64,000 bases of DNA from Octopus vulgaris (lineage: Eukaryota), in the NCBI GenBank assembly GCA_951406725.2, contig OX597837.1, positions 32,984,001 through 33,048,000 on the forward strand, read 5' to 3'. The notes under the pieces are model-generated. The model was not told where the DNA came from and did not search any database. It saw only the letters and a list, made by a program, of their open reading frames with translations. A program made the translations under genes and the position numbers. Positions 57,963 to 64,000 of this stretch are shown in pieces; the first letter of the stretch is position 1; each line of letters begins with the position of its first letter.

Positions 57963-58208
57963 CAGTAAGTTATTTAAGTAGTTGAGCAATTACTTTTCTG
58001 GGCCCACCATCCCTGAGGATGGTAGCCCCTTTGCATCTGTTTTCCATTGCTTACATGGGTTAAAGGAATACACATTACTGAGGCATTGTCTTTTTAAAGC
58101 TGAAAACTCTTCTTGTCACAAATCTTTCCCAACATATGTCAATTGATATTGTGCATAGGCCTCCTCCAATGCATGTGACTCCTGGGTAATTATCAATTGT
58201 GCCCATAT

Positions 58209-58436
58209 TTAACCCTTTAGTGTTTAAACCGGCCATATCCGGCCAAAATATTCTACCTATTTTATGTTCAAACTAGTCAGATATGGTCATTCATAGCTAC
58301 CTTATTGTGTCGTTTTAAAAATAAACAATCACATCATTGAAATCTCAAAGCCATGAAATGATGCAAGATTAATTTTACATGGTGTGAATACATAAGCTTT
58401 ACATTTGACAGAATAATCTGAATGCTAAAGGGTTAA
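58209..58436. mobile_element. piggyBac-type MITE P1
   Basis: TTAA-ccctttag...ctaaaggg-TTAA. Confidence 0.85.
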
Positions 58437-58898
58437 GGTGGTTTGTGGTCTTTCATGTCATAGTCAACAGATGAGGGTTCCACCAATATCCTGTTGAACT
58501 ACCTGCACAAATGATTTGTTTCTTGTGATCATATTGTATGTGCCACACAAAAGCTCACTCCCTTCATCAAAGCAAACATTACCTGTACAGGTGTATGGTG
58601 TGCCACACGTCAGGTGTCAAACTAATTCTGCAGTTGATGCTACATGAGATGAAGCATTATGCTCAAGAACACAATGCACCGCCCGGTCCAGGAATTGAAA
58701 CTACACTCTCATGATCATGAGAGCAATGCCCTAACCACAAGGCCACTTTCTCCCACCTTAAAATGATATTGTTTATTACTATCATTGTTATCTCAACAAA
58801 TACTTTGCTACCTATGCTATTTTTACAACCGCTCCCTACTACCGCCAACACTACTTCAACATCATTGTGATTTCTCATTCTGTGACCCATTCTTGCAG

Positions 58899-59074
58899 AT
58901 CTCTGTCACACAGCCATATCCAATGAAGTGTTCCTACTGGCCTCTGCTGCCATCGCCAACATCACCTTCATGGACAGCAATGCCTCCGATATCCTCCTCT
59001 ACTTAAAGGCACCGTCCGTTCTCCTGCAGTGTTGCTTACTTAACAAAGCTACAACCATTTTCGCTAAAGACCAG
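58899..59074 (+). CDS. insc: Inscuteable exon (176 nt)
   Basis: tcttgcag acceptor, cag|gtgagg donor. DLCHTAISNEVFLLASAAIANITFMDS...IFAKDQ aligns to INSC EVFLLASAALANITFFD...TRDQ. Confidence 0.95.
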
Positions 59075-59193
59075 GTGAGGTACCATTCTTCCTTTTTTTA
59101 TTTTCATTTTCTTTGTTTTTGTCTTGGAATAATTTGTGTAGGAGATGGAAGTTCAAGCCATCAGCTTTGAAATTACTTACATAAACACATGTA

Positions 59194-60259
59194 TGAGGGG
59201 AAGTCAAGAATTATCCACACTTTCGCCATAACATATTTTTATTATTTATTTCTTTACTACCCACAAGGGACTAAACATAGAGGGGGACAAACAAGGACAG
59301 ACAAACGGATTAAGTCGATTACATCGACCCCAGTGCGTAACTGGTACTTAATTTATCGACCCCGAAAGGATGAAAGGCAAAGTCGACCTCGGCGGAATTT
59401 GAACCCAGAACGTAACGGCAGACGAAATACGGCTACGCATTTCGCCCGGCATGCTAACGTTTCTGCCAGCTCGCCACCTTCATTCATATTTTTATTATTG
59501 TCACCCTGCCTTCTGCACATGCATGCTTATAGTTGATACTACTGTGGTCACATGATCGAAGTTTGACCCTGATCACACCATTTTCCTTTCTGACTTTACA
59601 GTGTAAGCATGGCCACTCCACTAGCAAGGTGCACCAAAGAAGAACAAAGAGCAGTGATCCAAGAGACGGTAAAGGTGAACCTGTTTACTATTACCATCTC
59701 TCAAGCTTGCTGGATCTTCTCGTCAGTGGTGGAGGTTGATGGACGTCCTGCCCCCTCTTCGTACATCATGCTTGTCTGGTCACTTTTAAACTTCTTGATC
59801 CACTCATACACATTTCTACGCAGTAGTACGCTGTCCTCGTATTGTGCTAAAAGCCTCTGATGAATTTCAACGTCTGGTGGCGTTAGGAAGGGCATCCAGC
59901 CATAGAAACACTGCCAGATCAGACTGGGCCTGGTGCAGCCTTCTGGCTTCCCAGACCCCAGTTGAACCGTCCAACCCATTCTAGCATGGAAAGCGGACGC
60001 TAAATGATGATGATGATGATGACACACCTTCCGACCAGAGAAATCAGATCACTGCTCTTTGTCCTTCTTTGGTACACCTTGCTAGTGGAACGGCCATGCA
60101 TACACTGTAAAGCCAGAAAGAAAAATGGTGTGATCAGGCTCAAACAATGATCATGTGACCACAATAGTACCAACTATAAGGACATGTGCACAAAAAGCAG
60201 TGTGACAATAATAAACATATGTTAGAGTGAAAGTGCAGATAATTTTTGACTTAACCTCA
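59194..60259. mobile_element. Fold-back mariner derivative (two left ends, inverted) with two nested retroposons
   Basis: Plus arm: TIR, 5' UTR, MATPLARCTKEEQRAVI. Minus arm: TIR, 5' UTR, MAVPLARCTKEGQRAVI...EIHQRLLAQY...VYEWIKKFK...GRPST. SINE B at 59247-59478; RTE-tail element at 59878-60020. Confidence 0.85.
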
Positions 60260-60769
60260 CATCTACACACATACATGTACACATGTGCTCTCTCACACAT
60301 ACACACATACACACACACACACACATAGACAAATACATACATGCATACATGTACCAAAATGTGCTTTCTCTCTCTCTCTCACGCACACACACCTACAACT
60401 ACATCCACATACATGTACACACATGCTCACACACCCATACACAAATACAAATACACTTGTACATGCACACTCAAATACAAACACACAGCATGTACACACA
60501 TACACAAACATATATGCACACACATACACGTTTACACATACACACACATACAATGGGCTTCTTTCAGTTTCCATCTACCCAATCCACTCACAAGGCTTTG
60601 GTCAGCCCAAGGCTATAGCAGAAGACACTTGTCCAAGGTGCCACGCAGTGGAACTGAACCAAAGACCATGTGGTTTGGAAGCAAGTTTCTCAACCACATA
60701 AACTTATTTATTTTTGGGGGTTTTTTTTTGTTTATTTGTTTATTTATTCGTTATTCTTACTTCCCGCAG

Positions 60770-60995
60770 GTTGCCAGTATCCTTGCAAATATGGCTGTGA
60801 TGGAATCATGCCAAGCCGAAATCTCAAGACAGAATGGCATAGACATACTGCTAAACTACCTCCACGAAGAACCGTCGTCTTTTAGAAGCGCCGTTGAAAT
60901 AGCCGCCTGTGAGCGGGTTCTACAGAAAGCAGCAATTGCCTTGACCAGACTCAGTCGAGACGAGTGTCGCGCTCAACTCATTGCTAAATCTCAAG
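60770..60995 (+). CDS. insc: Inscuteable exon (226 nt, last exon in window; gene continues 3')
   Basis: ttcccgcag acceptor, g|gttggc donor. VASILANMAVMESCQAEISRQNG...EIAACERVLQKAAIALTRLSRD aligns to INSC IVTILANMSV...EVAACERVQQKAAVTLARLSRD. Confidence 0.95.
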
Positions 60996-61061
60996 GTTGG
61001 CTTATATGTACCTGTCTTCCTCTCTCTCTCTTTTCTCTCTCTCTCTTTCTCTCTCTCTCTT

Positions 61062-61094
<33 letters not shown>

Positions 61095-61096
61095 TT

Positions 61097-61142
<46 letters not shown>

Positions 61143-61161
61143 TTCTCTTTCTCTCTCTCTC

Positions 61162-61257
<96 letters not shown>

Positions 61258-62090
61258 TCCTTTCTCACTGCCTCTTAATGTCTATCTTTCTATAGCCTTC
61301 TTTTTGTAAAGATAATAATAACACTGTGCTTATAGTATGTGGTGTTCAAGTGCACTTCAACTTGGTCAGGGAGTGGGCACGAGAAGGGACAGAGACCAGA
61401 CGTATAAATCATGTAAAGAAAGACAGCAGGCATGGCTGTGTGGTTAAGAAGCTTGCTTCCCAATCACATGATTCTGGGTTCAGTCCCTCTACATGCCACC
61501 TTGGGCAAGTGCCTTTGACTATATCTTTGGGGTAACCAAAAACCTTGTGAGTAGATTTGGTAGATAGAAACTGAAAGAAGCCCATTGTGTATATATCATC
61601 ATCATCGTTTAACGTCCACTTTCTATACTGGCATGGGTTGGTCAGTTTGACTGAGGGCTGGCAAAACAGAAGGCTGCACCAGGCTCCAACCTAATCTGGC
61701 AAAGTTTCTACAGCTGGATGCCAACTACTCCGAGAGTGTAGTGGGTACTTTTTAAGTTCCACTGGCACAAGGACCAGTTAGGCAGCAATGGCAATGACCA
61801 TGCTCAAATGGTGCTTTTTACATGCCTCCACCACAGGACCAGACAGCCGGCACTGGCATTGACCATGCTCAAATGATGCTTTTTATGTGCCACCAGCACA
61901 AGAGCCACTCAGGCAGCACTTGAATGATGATTTTTACATGCCACTGGCACATAACAAAGATGTACAGGTGTCAATTCATTACAGCCGTTTCAAGTGACTC
62001 AATTGACAACTCAATTTAAGTACCTAATTCAACGGAATCTTAATTATATATACAAATATATATATATTTTTTATAGGGTATACTCTTATA

Positions 62091-62131
<41 letters not shown>

Positions 62132-62329
62132 TATAGATATACACACACATGCACATATTCATCATCATCCATTAATGTCCTCAATCCATGCTTGCATGGG
62201 TTGGATTGTTTGACAGGAGCTGGCCAGGCAGGAGCCTGCACCAGACTTCTGTGTCTTGTTGTTGTGTTTTTGTCTCATTTGGTCTAAAGTCGTATGACAA
62301 CCACCGTTATATATATTTTGTTTATTCAT

Positions 62330-62580
62330 TACTGTTTTCAATTTCGTTTTCGTCTCTTGTATTCACATCCGTCTTGTGCGTTCACATTCCTGTCTTCTAC
62401 CAAGAAATCTAATGCTTACAGCTTAGTTTTTTTTCTTGGGGCTGGCCGAGTTGGAGCAAATATCAGAATTGAACAGCCGAAATTTGCTATGATGATTCGG
62501 TGTCTGACTGAAGATTGAAGGCTTCGAATGATTTGTCTGTGTTCCGTGTTCGTCCCTTCCTGTATTTCACGTTCATTATA
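62330..62580 (+). mobile_element. Structured repeat related to 25730-25990(-) and the 20471 palindrome
   Basis: Shares ccaag(g/a)aa...gcttag...ttggggctggcc...cagccgaaat...gactga(a/g)ga...ggcttc with 25730-25990; the ttgactgaNga...gaatga segment also occurs in the 20471 arm. Confidence 0.6.
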
Positions 62581-62596
62581 TATAAAAACATTCATT

Positions 62597-62637
<41 letters not shown>

Positions 62638-63446
62638 TGGTGGTGGTTATGGTGGTGGTGGTGGTGGTGGTGGTAGCGGTGGTGGTAGCGGTGGTGGTGG
62701 TTATGATAGTGGTGGTTGTGGTCGTCGTGGTCATGGTGGTCGTGGTGGTGGTCTTTGTCGTGGTGGTCGTGGTGGTCGTGGTGGTGGTCGTGGTGGTGGT
62801 CGTGGTGGTGGTCGTGGTGGTGGTTGTGGTGGTGGTGGTGGTCTTCATCGTCGTCGTCATCATTATCATAATGGTACACCCATGCGTGCGTGCACGCACA
62901 CACACACACAAACACATGTAATTTAAATAAAGTGATGAAATAGTTCAAGATTACGAATCTGCATTACCCCCACCACCACCACCTCCGCTCCGGATTACCC
63001 CAGGAGTTTTATCTGATGAATTGTCAAAATCATAATAAAGACCACTTGTGAAAATATTGCTTATGTAACCCCCTAGAATTAGGGGACAGTAGAAGAGAAT
63101 AATATACAATCGGCCAGCGAAGAGGGAGGGGAGGGGCTTGCATGGAAAGAGTTATGGGGTGGGGTGGGTGGAAGTGGGGGTCCTGGGGGGGGGGGCGGGT
63201 TTGGTGTAGTTTATACTGTGTCACTAAATGAGACATCTCAGGTTCTGGAATATAGAAATGGTTGTTTGGGTTACAGATAAAAATAAGATAGAAAAAAATA
63301 AATTAAAATAAATATAAATAAACGAAATAAAAATACAATTCTATCTGACTGAGATAAAATGAAACAAAACACACACAGACACACACATGGGTGTGTACGT
63401 ATATGTATATGTATGTATATATGTATATGTGTATATATATATATAC

Positions 63447-63511
<65 letters not shown>

Positions 63512-63557
63512 TACACATACATATATATATATTAATGTACATATATGTACATACATG

Positions 63558-63619
<62 letters not shown>

Positions 63620-63869
63620 AATATATGTGTGTGCATGTGTGTGTGTAAGTATATATATATATGTATGTATGTATGTGTATATATACACACACATAGACAC
63701 AAACACACACACATTGATACCATAAACTTCGAAATGGTAAACTGCAAAAGGAATTGGGATGTGTGTCTTTGAGTCTTGCAGAAAAACTGTTGAGGAAGTA
63801 ATAACTGTCTGGTTTGTAGTATAACCAGTAGTTCGCTGGTGGTGATGCATATTACATGAAGCATCTAGG

Positions 63870-63900
<31 letters not shown>

Positions 63901-63907
63901 CAGTAGC

Positions 63908-63959
<52 letters not shown>

Positions 63960-64000
63960 TTTGGTTTGATTTGGTTTATAAACAAGTGTGTTTAAAGTTA

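Noticed and set aside
63009-63040. CUGAUGA hammerhead-like motif (also 36334, 42320, 51231)
   Set aside because: No pairable stem II followed by GAAA.
60996-64000. Final insc exon(s)
   Set aside because: No segment resembling the RLIELCR...VLVACLAALR C-terminus was found; it presumably lies beyond the window.

Overview
Repeat-rich, AT-rich animal genomic DNA. The microsatellite and SINE content is typical of an octopod cephalopod (inferred, not proven). The whole window lies inside one + strand gene, an inscuteable (Insc) homologue. Ten GT-AG coding exons (1584-1831, 41086-41149, 43327-43450, 49364-49416, 51900-52014, 53155-53268, 54949-55074, 57385-57556, 58899-59074, 60770-60995) join in consistent phase and encode the LGN/Pins-binding motif plus the ARM-like body. 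A 39.25-kb intron follows the first exon; the last exon(s), and probably the first, lie outside the window. The introns hold several tRNA-headed SINE families (one as a ~181-bp satellite array), CR1-type LINE fragments, mariner/Tc1 relics, TTAA (piggyBac-type) MITEs, Helitron/Helentron relics and micro/minisatellites. The most unusual signal is a set of unrelated short elements, several of them head-to-head palindromes, carrying minimal type-I hammerhead-ribozyme motifs of the Penelope-like-element kind. Their cores include canonical CUGANGA, a CCGACGA variant and a GUGAACA (G3-C8 swapped) variant. One is a TSD-flanked palindrome whose centre resembles a tRNA head. Almost all ORFs in the supplied track are simple-repeat artefacts.
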